From NCBI GenBank assembly GCA_965205005.1, contig OZ242028.1:569250-633249 (forward strand): a stretch of DNA of 64,000 nt, in the 5' to 3' direction. Position 1 is the stretch's first letter. Every line of letters starts with the position of its first letter. Below are positions 17,436 to 26,114 of this stretch, one piece after another. The notes below the pieces were generated by a model. That model saw nothing but the letters and a program-made list of their open reading frames with translations. It ran no database searches and had not been told where the DNA came from. The stretch comes from Longimicrobiales bacterium. GTDB lineage: Bacteria; Gemmatimonadota; Gemmatimonadetes; Longimicrobiales; Gaopeijiaceae. The position numbers were made by a program, and so were the translations under genes.

Positions 17436-18740
17436 CTACCGCCGCGTGTCGCGCCTCGTCAGCGGGCTCAGGTAGTCCCGGTTGCCGAGGCCCAGCTTGC
17501 GGAGCGCGATGCCCGTCAGGCACTCGTCCACCACCTGCTTGGCATTGAGCGCGGTCGTGTAGCCGGGGTCGACCAGCGGGTTGAGCTCCACCAGGTCGAA
17601 GCCGACCACGTTGTTCTCGGAACACAGTCCGCGAACGATCGGGAAGACCTCGCGGGGGGTGAGCCCCCCGGGAACGGGCGTGCCGGTGCCCGAGGTGTAC
17701 GCCGGATCCATCACGTCGATGTCGAAGGAGATGTGCAGGTACTCGGGCCCGTCGTTGGCCTCGTCGAGGACGCGCTGCATGACCGTGGTCCAGCCGTCGC
17801 GGTCGATCTCCGCCATCGTGTGGTAGCGGAATTCGTGCTGGCGCATCCATTCGAAGCCCTCCGGGCCCGGCCAGCTACCGCGCAGCCCCACCTGGATGAA
17901 GTTCCTGCCGAGGATGTGGCCGTCGTCCACGAGGCGGCGCACCGGCTGGGCGTGCGAGATGAGGTGGCCGCTGCGGCTGCCGCCGGCGTCGTAGTGCGCG
18001 TCGAAGTGGATGACGCCGACGTTCTCCTTGCCGTAGACGTCGGCCAGTCCGGCCACGTTGGCGAACTCGATCGAGTGGTCCCCTCCGATGATGACCGGAA
18101 TCGCGCCGGTCTGCGCGATCTCTCGCACCATGCGGCGGATCGGCGGCATGCTGCGCTGGACGCTGAGGTTGTCGATCGGGGCGTTGCCGTAGTCGACGGC
18201 CGTCAGTTCGCTGCGCCAGCGCACCATCGTCTCCATGCTGCCGACGCTGCGCCTCATCGCTCGGAACGCGTTCGGTCCCTCGCCGGCTCCACGGAAGCCG
18301 ACACCCATGTCGACCGGGGCGCCCATGAACGCCACCTCGACCTCGCCCGCGACCAGGTCCTCGATGGTGCGCGCGATGGGAAGGCCGAAGAAGGTCTGCA
18401 CGGACCCCACCTGGATCGGGCCGGGTTCGCGGGGCGGATCGCCCGAGATGTCCCGGTCGCGCCAGACCTCGAGGTTGGGGTCGTTCGGATCGAGGCGGAT
18501 GATCGCGGCCTCGGGGTCGGGGGCCTCCTGCGCGGAGTCCTGTTGCGCGTCCTCGGATGTCTCGGCGGTGGCGTCGGCCTCGCCGGCGTCCGCCGCTGCG
18601 GCCGCGTCTCCGGCCTCGGTGGCCGCCCCACCCCCGTCTCCGGACTCGGCAGGCGGCGTGTCGCACGCGAGGGCAAGCGCCCCGGCAATAGCCACCAGTC
18701 TGGCGTCTCGGAGCAGTGACAGGAGTGCAGGATCTCTCAT
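17436..18740 (-). CDS. Agmatinase/ureohydrolase family enzyme with a lipoprotein signal
   Basis: C-terminal part of the 994-aa ORF starting at MRDPALLSLLRDARLVAIAGALALAC (lipobox). An acidic low-complexity linker follows. Ureohydrolase motifs GGDHS, HFDAHYD and SFDIDVMDP are present. Confidence 0.85.
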   Translation of the reverse strand: MRDPALLSLLRDARLVAIAGALALACDTPPAESGDGGGAATEAGDAAAAADAGEADATAETSEDAQQDSAQEAPDPEAAIIRLDPNDPNLEVWRDRDISGDPPREPGPIQVGSVQTFFGLPIARTIEDLVAGEVEVAFMGAPVDMGVGFRGAGEGPNAFRAMRRSVGSMETMVRWRSELTAVDYGNAPIDNLSVQRSMPPIRRMVREIAQTGAIPVIIGGDHSIEFANVAGLADVYGKENVGVIHFDAHYDAGGSRSGHLISHAQPVRRLVDDGHILGRNFIQVGLRGSWPGPEGFEWMRQHEFRYHTMAEIDRDGWTTVMQRVLDEANDGPEYLHISFDIDVMDPAYTSGTGTPVPGGLTPREVFPIVRGLCSENNVVGFDLVELNPLVDPGYTTALNAKQVVDECLTGIALRKLGLGNRDYLSPLTRRDTRR

Positions 18741-18896
18741 GTTGGCTCTCCCGGATCTCGAACCTTTGGCAGTGGTCGGGAGTTTACGCCGCGCGCCGTT
18801 TGCCCGCCAGCTTGCGGCCGCCTCATCTTGCCCCGGGTGATCCGCGCCTGCCGCGCTTCGATCGACCGCTTGCTCCCCCGGCCCCCGGAGTCCCTC

Positions 18897-20321
18897 ATGG
18901 CCCAGAAGACGCGCAGCCTCGCCAGCTGCGCATGGCTGGCCCCGCTGGCGCTGATGAACCTCGCCTGCGAGACCGGCGACGCGCCGCCCCGACCGTCCGC
19001 CGAGGCCGCCACGCTCGCCATCGAAGGCGTCTCCGTCATCCCGATGGACAGCGAGCGCTCGCTGCCGGACATGACCGTCCTGATCGGCGGCGGCCGCGTG
19101 CTCGCGGTCCGGCCATCCACCGAGGCCGACGAGGCCGACATTCCCGCGGGCGCCACGCGCGTCGACGGACGGGGCCGCTTCCTGATCCCCGGCCTCAACG
19201 ACATGCACGTGCACTTCCAAGACTCGTCGGCGCTGGGCCGCTTCGTCGCCACGGGCGTCACCGGCATCCGCGTACTGTGGGGCGGTCTCACCACCCTGGA
19301 CTTCCGCGACCGCATCGCGCGCGGCGAGCTCGCGGGGCCCGACATCCACACGGCCGGCACGATCATCGAGGGCCTGCCGCCCCCGGCGCTGGCCGCCGTG
19401 ATCGACACCGCCGGCCGCGTGATCGTGCACGACAGCACGGGCGGCGCCCGCGCGGTCCGGGAGCAGCACGCCGCCGGCTACGACTTCATCAAGGTCTACA
19501 ACAACGTCCCCATGGCGGCGTATCGCGGCATCGTGGCCGAGGCCGAGCGGCTGGACATCCCGGTCGCGGGCCACGTCCCCTTCGAAGTGGGCCTCGACGG
19601 CGCGCTTGCCGCCGGCCAGCGCAGCATCGAACACCTCCGCGGCTACATCTGGCACCTCGTGCCGCCAGACGCACCCAACCAGCCCGGCGCCGACCTCCGC
19701 TCGCGCACCCTCGCGTGGGCGCACGGCGATCTGTCCCGCATCCGGGAGCTGGCCGAACGCACCCGCGACGCCGGGGTGTGGAGCGTCCCGACGCTGTCCG
19801 TGCGCATGATCATGAAGCCCGACCGCCTCGTCGAAGCCTACCTCGCCACCGAGGAAGCATCCCACATGACCGACGCCATGCGCACCTTCTACACCGCGCG
19901 CATGTCGATCCCGTGGATGAGCAACTTCACGCCCGCCGACTTCGAGGCCGCGATGGACGGGTTCGCGGTGGCCGATTCGCTGATCCGCGCGCTCGTGGGC
20001 GTGGGCGCGCCGGTGATGGCCGGAACCGACACCCCGCCGCTCGGCTTCGCGCTCCATCGCGAGCTGGAGGAGCTGGTGGGCGCGGGGTTGTCTCCGTATG
20101 AGGCGTTGCAGAGCGCCACGGTCCTCCCGGCGCGCTTCCTGGGTCGTGGCGAGGGGGCGGGCATGGTGGCGGAGGGGAGTCCCGCCGACCTGGTGCTGCT
20201 GGAAGCCGATCCGCTCGCCGCGATCGGCAACACGCGCCGAATCGCGGGGGTGGTGCGGCGGGGGGAGTGGCTCGACCGGGCCAAATTGGACGCCATGCTC
20301 GAGGAGGCTGCAGGAAGATGA
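18897..20321 (+). CDS. Amidohydrolase family lipoprotein (metal-dependent hydrolase)
   Basis: MAQKTRSLASCAWLAPLALMNLAC lipobox. GLNDMHVHF (HxH metal site). AGTDTP and the C-terminal PADLVLLEADPL are typical of this family. Confidence 0.8.
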   Translation: MAQKTRSLASCAWLAPLALMNLACETGDAPPRPSAEAATLAIEGVSVIPMDSERSLPDMTVLIGGGRVLAVRPSTEADEADIPAGATRVDGRGRFLIPGLNDMHVHFQDSSALGRFVATGVTGIRVLWGGLTTLDFRDRIARGELAGPDIHTAGTIIEGLPPPALAAVIDTAGRVIVHDSTGGARAVREQHAAGYDFIKVYNNVPMAAYRGIVAEAERLDIPVAGHVPFEVGLDGALAAGQRSIEHLRGYIWHLVPPDAPNQPGADLRSRTLAWAHGDLSRIRELAERTRDAGVWSVPTLSVRMIMKPDRLVEAYLATEEASHMTDAMRTFYTARMSIPWMSNFTPADFEAAMDGFAVADSLIRALVGVGAPVMAGTDTPPLGFALHRELEELVGAGLSPYEALQSATVLPARFLGRGEGAGMVAEGSPADLVLLEADPLAAIGNTRRIAGVVRRGEWLDRAKLDAMLEEAAGR

Positions 20322-21736
20322 CCAAGACCATGACAGCAGGCGACCCGAATCGGCCGGCCCGCCGCCTGGTGGCGACCGTCGTTCTTGCCAAGGCGGCCGT
20401 CCTGCTCGGCACCACAGCATGCGAACCCGCGCCCGCGGACGACCCCTTCGCGCCCGGCACCGTCGCCGTGACGAACGCCGTCATCATCGACGGGTTGGGA
20501 GGCGAGCCGGTTGTGGACGGCGTGGTGGTCGTCGAGGGCGACCGGATCGCTGCGGCGGGGCCTGCTGCGCAAGTGGCCGTGCCCGACGGAGCCACCGTGA
20601 TCGACGCGGCCGGCGGCGCGGTGATGCCCGGGCTGGCCGACATGCACGTGCACATGGTGGGCGGCTGGGACGGCGTGAGCACGGACATGCTCGGCTACCG
20701 CCGCTACCTGAATGCGCTCCTGTACGCGGGCGTGACCACGGTGCTCGACGTCGGCAACGTGCTGCCGTTCATCCAGCAGATCCGGGCCGAGGTCGACGCG
20801 GGCCGCCTTTCCGGGCCGCGCGTCTACATGGCGGGACCGCTCGTCGACGGGCCGGTGCCGATCTGGCCGCCCATCACGTATGCGACGTTCGAGCCGGCGG
20901 CCATGCGCACCCACGTCCGGCAGCTCGCGGCTGCGGGGGTCGACGTGCTCAAGGGGTACGCGGGGCTCGACGCCGAGATGGTGGATTCGCTGGTGCGGGC
21001 CGGCGCGGAGCACGACCTGCCCGTCCTGGTGGATCTGGGGTGGCGGGGCGACTACGCCGCGGCGGTCGAGTCGGGTGTCGCGGCGCGGGCCCACGCGCCC
21101 TCCGGTCCGCTCAGCGACGTCGCGATCGCGGCGATGGTCGAGCGCGGCACCGCCAACATCACCACGCTGGCGGTCCTGGAGTCGTTCGCGCGGCGACGGC
21201 TGGGCGATCTGGCGTTCCTCGACCACCCGCTGATCGCGGCCACCACCCCGCCATGGTTCCTCGATGACCTGCGCACGCACGCCACCCGCTCCCTCTCGGA
21301 CGACCAGGCCGACCTCGCGGCTTCGATCCGGGAACGGCTCATGGCTGCCATGACCAACGTGAAGCGGCTGCACGACGCTGGGGTGCTGGTGGTGGCGGGC
21401 ACCGACGCGCCCTACCCCGGCGTCTTCCAGGGAGAGGGGATCCACCGCGAGCTGGAGCTGCTTGTGGAGGCCGGGCTCACCCCGTTGCAGGCGATCACGG
21501 CCGCGACCGGCAGCGCCGCCCGCCTGGTGGGTGCGAGCGACGATTGGGGAGCGATCGCGCCGGGCCTGGCCGCCGACCTGGTCGTGGTGCGCGGCAATCC
21601 GGCTGTGGACATCGAGGCAACCCGCGACATCGTTGCGGTGATTCAGCGCGGCGTCCTCCTCGACCGCTCCGCGCTGTCGTTCGCCTCGCTGGACGATCCG
21701 GGGTTCCGAACGGTGGGGTCGGTGGCGGCGAACTGA
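20318..21736 (+). CDS. Amidohydrolase family lipoprotein (second, tandem)
   Basis: ATGA overlap with the previous gene. MTKTM...AAVLLGTTAC lipobox. GLADMHVHM, AGTDAPYPG, AADLVVVRGNP. Confidence 0.8.
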   Translation: MTKTMTAGDPNRPARRLVATVVLAKAAVLLGTTACEPAPADDPFAPGTVAVTNAVIIDGLGGEPVVDGVVVVEGDRIAAAGPAAQVAVPDGATVIDAAGGAVMPGLADMHVHMVGGWDGVSTDMLGYRRYLNALLYAGVTTVLDVGNVLPFIQQIRAEVDAGRLSGPRVYMAGPLVDGPVPIWPPITYATFEPAAMRTHVRQLAAAGVDVLKGYAGLDAEMVDSLVRAGAEHDLPVLVDLGWRGDYAAAVESGVAARAHAPSGPLSDVAIAAMVERGTANITTLAVLESFARRRLGDLAFLDHPLIAATTPPWFLDDLRTHATRSLSDDQADLAASIRERLMAAMTNVKRLHDAGVLVVAGTDAPYPGVFQGEGIHRELELLVEAGLTPLQAITAATGSAARLVGASDDWGAIAPGLAADLVVVRGNPAVDIEATRDIVAVIQRGVLLDRSALSFASLDDPGFRTVGSVAAN

Positions 21737-21818
21737 CTTGGCAAGTTGCGCGGATTCTGGTGGATGATAGTTTGATACGGTAATACCGGCTATATAACTG
21801 GTAACAACGTATCGTAAT

Positions 21819-22631
21819 ATGATAAGTCTCAGCCACGCCGAATCTACGCTCCTGACCACGTTGGCAGCCAGGGGCAGGTCGGTCTTCGCCACCGGAGATG
21901 CTTATGCCATCCGGGGCAGGGGTAGGGCAACGAGAGACGCTCTGGAGCGGCTCGTCCGCAAGGGCTGGCTGGAGCGAATCGCAAAGGGGAAGTACCTGAT
22001 CGTTCCGCTGGAGGCCGGACCCGAGCGCACCTGGACTGAGAGCGCACATGTGATCGCGGGAGCGTTGGTGAGTCCCAGCATGGTTTCCTACTGGTCGGCG
22101 CTCGCCTACTGGAACCTGACCGAGCAGGTCCCACGCGTTACCTACGTTCAGACCACATCCCGCAAGGAAGCGCGTGCACCGACGGTTCTCGGAATGCGCT
22201 TCCGAATCGTCCGCGTGAAGCCCCGCAAGCTCTTCGGAGGCCACCGATACTACTCGCGCGGCGGGCCAGCCATGGTCACGGACCGCGAGAAGACCATCCT
22301 TGACTGTCTCGACCGACCCGACCTCAGCGGCGGTGTGGAAGAGGTGGCACGGGCACTGGTGGCATCGGACGGTGATCTGAACTGGGCTCGTGCCACCGAC
22401 TATCTGTGTCGGTTCGGGTCCGGAGCGATTGTGAAGCGCCTCGGCTTTCTGGTAGAACACCTGAAGCTGGCTCACCCACCCGAACCATGCATGCTCGCTC
22501 AGTGGCGTGAGCTTCTGACGGCGGGTATCGGCAAGCTCGATCCCTCGTCGCCCAGAGAGCCCCACAGGGTAGTCACCCGCTGGCGAATCGCGGTGAACCT
22601 GCCCGAGGCAGGTCTCCAGAGCCCCGGATGA
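21819..22631 (+). CDS. abiEi: AbiEi antitoxin / transcriptional regulator (type IV TA, abortive infection)
   Basis: N-terminal wHTH pattern LERLVRKGWLERIAKGKYLIVP. Mid-region VSYWSALAYWNLTEQVP. Overlaps the downstream nucleotidyltransferase gene by 4 nt. Preceded by an AT-rich promoter region. Confidence 0.8.
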   Translation: MISLSHAESTLLTTLAARGRSVFATGDAYAIRGRGRATRDALERLVRKGWLERIAKGKYLIVPLEAGPERTWTESAHVIAGALVSPSMVSYWSALAYWNLTEQVPRVTYVQTTSRKEARAPTVLGMRFRIVRVKPRKLFGGHRYYSRGGPAMVTDREKTILDCLDRPDLSGGVEEVARALVASDGDLNWARATDYLCRFGSGAIVKRLGFLVEHLKLAHPPEPCMLAQWRELLTAGIGKLDPSSPREPHRVVTRWRIAVNLPEAGLQSPG

Positions 22632-23497
22632 TCACGGACGCCGAAATCCGCCGGCTGGCGAGGTCAGAGCGCGTCGAGCCACGAATCGTGGAGTTGGACT
22701 ACGCGCTTGGTTGGGCACTTCGCGGAATCGCCAACCACCGGCATTTGTCCCGGCGCCTGGTCTTCAAGGGCGGGACCTGCCTACGCAAATGCTATTTCCC
22801 GGCATACCGATTCTCGGAAGACCTCGACTTTACCGCGACTCAACGATTCGACATGGAGGGATTGACGTCCGCTTTCGCCGAAGCGTTTGCCGAAACCCAG
22901 GCCAATTCAGGAATCGATTTTCGGATACAGGAGCCGAGGGTCCGGATCATCGACGATGAGTACGGTCGCGAAAGCGTCCGGTTTACCGTCTACTGGCGAG
23001 GTCCCCACGCACTCCACGGTTCCCCGCGTGGCCTTCGACTTGACGTCACCCGGAACGAAGTCCTGGCTTTCGATCCGCAACAGCGCACCCTCTTTCACCC
23101 CTTTTCGGACGCTTCCGACTTCGAAGAAGTCCGGGTGCCGTGCTACGTGCTGGAAGAAGTCATGTGCGAGAAGATCAGGGCCTTGCTTGGCCAGCGGATC
23201 TACGCTGTGGCCAGAGACCTCTACGACGTATTCTCTCTCATGGGATCCGTCGATGAACAGAAGGTCACCGCTGCGCTTCCCGCCAAGATCGATGCCAGGG
23301 GAGTGCCAGACGGCGGCCTCTCGCTGATGCTTGAGCGCCGCTACGAGTTCCGAGCCCATTGGGAGCGGGATTTGGCAGACCTGCTACCCCTTGGCGCGGA
23401 GCAGGATTTCGACGAAGTGTGGTCAGGCGTAAGCGATTATGTGGAACGGATCGTGGACCAGGCGACATGTGACGGCAACGCGCTGCGACCTGACTGA
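22628..23497 (+). CDS. abiEii: AbiEii/AbiGii nucleotidyltransferase toxin (DUF1814)
   Basis: LVFKGGTCLRKCYFPAYRFSEDLDF is the conserved NTase core of AbiEii-family toxins. Confidence 0.85.
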   Translation: MITDAEIRRLARSERVEPRIVELDYALGWALRGIANHRHLSRRLVFKGGTCLRKCYFPAYRFSEDLDFTATQRFDMEGLTSAFAEAFAETQANSGIDFRIQEPRVRIIDDEYGRESVRFTVYWRGPHALHGSPRGLRLDVTRNEVLAFDPQQRTLFHPFSDASDFEEVRVPCYVLEEVMCEKIRALLGQRIYAVARDLYDVFSLMGSVDEQKVTAALPAKIDARGVPDGGLSLMLERRYEFRAHWERDLADLLPLGAEQDFDEVWSGVSDYVERIVDQATCDGNALRPD

Positions 23498-23556
23498 AAT
23501 GGCACATAGTGCGAGCGAACAATCCCACTCGTTGCTCCTGATTCTGTCCGTGCCGC

Positions 23557-24450
23557 TTATCGCAAACTGTCTTCCAGAGCGGTCGCCAGATCCGTGCCAG
23601 CGTCCCGGTATTTCACGATGACCGGAGCATAAAGGGCAAGCCCTTGCGACCGACCCCACGTGGTGCCGACCGACCGCCCTCCCGGCACCACCACGGCGTC
23701 CTCGGGAATCTCGAGCGATCCGGAGGCACCGGCTCGGTAGACCTTCTCACGCACCAGGTCGAAAACCGGCGTCCCTCGCGTGAGGATGACCCCCGCCGCC
23801 AGGACCGCCCCGCGGCGGACCACCGTCCCTTCGTAGACGCCCGCATTGCCCCCCACCAGCACGTCATCCTCGATGACCACAGGGGACGCCCCTACGGGTT
23901 CGAGAACTCCGCCGATCTGGGCCGCTGCGCTCAGATGTACGCGCTCTCCGATCTGGGCGCACGAGCCCACCAGCGCGTGGGAGTCGATCATGCTGCCCCC
24001 TCCCACCCAGGCACCCACGTTTACGTACATGGGAGGCATGCAAACCACACCTGGACCCAGATAGGCACCGCTGCGGACCGCCGAGCCGCCTGGAACCACG
24101 CGAACACCCTCCCCGGCGCCGAAGCGCCGCACGGGCAGATTGTGCTTGTCCAGAAAGCTGGATGGTGCCTCACCATCGACCGGGCTTCCCCCGGGGGCGG
24201 CAACCGGCGCGATGCGCCCGCTCCGGAAGGTCACCAGGATGCCGCGCTTCACCCACGGCACCGCCGCCCAGGAGCCGTCGTCGTTGCGCACCGCGGAGCG
24301 CAAGGATCCCGCTTCCAGCCGGCCCAGCAGCTCGGCAACGACCTCTTCCGCGGCCTTCGGCAGAGCCTCGCCGGCGGGCCAGCCATGGAGCGCGTCGATA
24401 CGCTGTTCCAGCGTTGCTCCCAGCTTTGGAGCGGCTGCGCTACGGCTCAC
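23557..24450 (-). CDS. dapD: 2,3,4,5-tetrahydropyridine-2,6-dicarboxylate N-succinyltransferase
   Basis: Hexapeptide-repeat region (GAYLGPGVVCMPPMYVNVGAWVGGGSMIDSHALVGSCAQIGERVHLSAAAQIGGVLEP) with a DapD-type N-terminal domain. Last gene of the dapB-dapA-dapD operon. Confidence 0.85.
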   Translation of the reverse strand: MSRSAAAPKLGATLEQRIDALHGWPAGEALPKAAEEVVAELLGRLEAGSLRSAVRNDDGSWAAVPWVKRGILVTFRSGRIAPVAAPGGSPVDGEAPSSFLDKHNLPVRRFGAGEGVRVVPGGSAVRSGAYLGPGVVCMPPMYVNVGAWVGGGSMIDSHALVGSCAQIGERVHLSAAAQIGGVLEPVGASPVVIEDDVLVGGNAGVYEGTVVRRGAVLAAGVILTRGTPVFDLVREKVYRAGASGSLEIPEDAVVVPGGRSVGTTWGRSQGLALYAPVIVKYRDAGTDLATALEDSLR

Positions 24451-25333
24451 GGCTGGCCCCCCGCACCGCCTCTGCCACGGCCTTGCGATTGGCCTCGGCC
24501 AGAGGAGCCAGCGGCAGTCGGACTTGCGGATGGATGCGCCCCATCATCCACAATGCCGCCTTGACCGGCACCGGGTTGGACTCCACGAATGCGACACGCA
24601 TCCAGTCGGCGAGGCGGTAGTGCAAGGCCCGCGCCCGCGGCAGGTCGCCGCACGCCATCGCTCGCACCAGTTCCGCCATGGCGCGCGGAGTGGCGTTGGC
24701 CACCACGGAGATCACGCCGTCGGCACCCAGCGCCATGAACGGCACCGTCAGCGAGTCGTCCCCGGACAGCACCGCAAACCCGGCGGGCCTGTGCCGGGCG
24801 ATCTCCGCGACCTGGTCGCAGTCGCCGGCCGCTTCCTTGGTCCCGACGATGTTGGGGTGTTCGGCGAGGGCCAGAGTGGTCGCAGCGGTGATGTTGCTGC
24901 CGGTGCGCCCCGGGACGTTGTAGAGAACCACCGGGCAGGGCGCGGCGTCGGCAACCGCGCTGAAGTGCTCGATCAGTCCCCGCTGTTGCGGGCGGTTGTA
25001 CGGCGGCGAGACATGCAACAGGTGGGTGACCCCCGTCGATGCAATCCTGAGCGAGCGGTCGATCGCCTCGGCCGTGTTGTTCGACCCCGCTCCACCCACC
25101 ACCGGGACGCGGCCGGCGGCCTGGTCTACCGTAATCGCCACAACCCGTTCGTGCTCATCAGCCGCAAGCGTCGCCGCCTCCCCGGTCGAACCGGCCGGCA
25201 CCAGGAAGTCGACGCCCTCCCCGATCTGCCAGTCGACCAGCGACCGCAGCGCGGGCTCGTCAACCTCTCCCGATTCCCGGAACGGCGTCACCAGCGCCGT
25301 GCCGCATCCGCTGAGCATCTCGTGCTTCACCAT
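24440..25333 (-). CDS. dapA: 4-hydroxy-tetrahydrodipicolinate synthase
   Basis: Trimmed to MVKHEMLSGCGTALVTPF. GSTGEAATL, LYNVPGRTG, and IVGTKEAAGD (the active-site Lys region). Confidence 0.9.
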   Translation of the reverse strand: MVKHEMLSGCGTALVTPFRESGEVDEPALRSLVDWQIGEGVDFLVPAGSTGEAATLAADEHERVVAITVDQAAGRVPVVGGAGSNNTAEAIDRSLRIASTGVTHLLHVSPPYNRPQQRGLIEHFSAVADAAPCPVVLYNVPGRTGSNITAATTLALAEHPNIVGTKEAAGDCDQVAEIARHRPAGFAVLSGDDSLTVPFMALGADGVISVVANATPRAMAELVRAMACGDLPRARALHYRLADWMRVAFVESNPVPVKAALWMMGRIHPQVRLPLAPLAEANRKAVAEAVRGASREP

Positions 25334-26040
25334 GACTCTTCCGCCAGCATATCCTGCATTGTATAGACTCCCTTTCGACCACACAGCCACGCTGCCGCCC
25401 TGAGCGCGCCCTCCGCGAATACGCCACGGCCGCGGGCTTCGTGACGCAGGACCAGCCGTTCGTGGGGACCGTCGATCAGTACCTCGTGTGTGCCGGCAAC
25501 GTGCCCCGTCCGGATCGACGTCGTGTCGGAGCTCCGTCCCAGGGCCGCCCGCAGCGATGCTTCGAGGGCGATGGCCGTGCCGGAAGGGGCGTCCAGCTTG
25601 CCGGCGTGATGCGTCTCCACTACGTGCGTGTCGAACTCTGCAGCTCTGGCGAAGAGTTGGCCCGCTCTGTGTGCAAGCAACTGCAGCGCGGCCGCCCCGA
25701 AGGAATAGTTGGGTGCCCACATGAGGGTTCCTCCGCGCTCCTTCACCCAAGCCACTATCGCCGGCAGCCGGTCGGACCACCCGGTCGTGCCGGAGACGAC
25801 GGAGCACTCCGCCTCGACACACATGCGAATGTTGGAGGCCGCCGCCCCGGGCGTGGTAAATTCGAGCGCGACATCGGCCTCGGCGATCCGCTCTCGAACC
25901 GCCCCGCGGCGTGACTCCACGTCCTCACGCCCGAACCGGGCCAGCACATCAAAGCCCTGCGACGGCGCGAGCGCGGCGATCGATCGGCCCATCCGACCGG
26001 ACCCCAGGACGACAATCCGAGTTTTTTCGCGCCTCATCAC
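25327..26040 (-). CDS. dapB: 4-hydroxy-tetrahydrodipicolinate reductase
   Basis: IVVLGSGRMG Rossmann motif, ETHHAGKLDAPSGTA signature, and overlap with the dapA start. Confidence 0.85.
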   Translation of the reverse strand: MMRREKTRIVVLGSGRMGRSIAALAPSQGFDVLARFGREDVESRRGAVRERIAEADVALEFTTPGAAASNIRMCVEAECSVVSGTTGWSDRLPAIVAWVKERGGTLMWAPNYSFGAAALQLLAHRAGQLFARAAEFDTHVVETHHAGKLDAPSGTAIALEASLRAALGRSSDTTSIRTGHVAGTHEVLIDGPHERLVLRHEARGRGVFAEGALRAAAWLCGRKGVYTMQDMLAEESW

Positions 26041-26114
26041 TTCAATGTAGCAGGTCGGGCGACGCGCTCTGCTATGTTACTGCATTACTGACGGCACCGA
26101 CGAGCGATCTCCAT

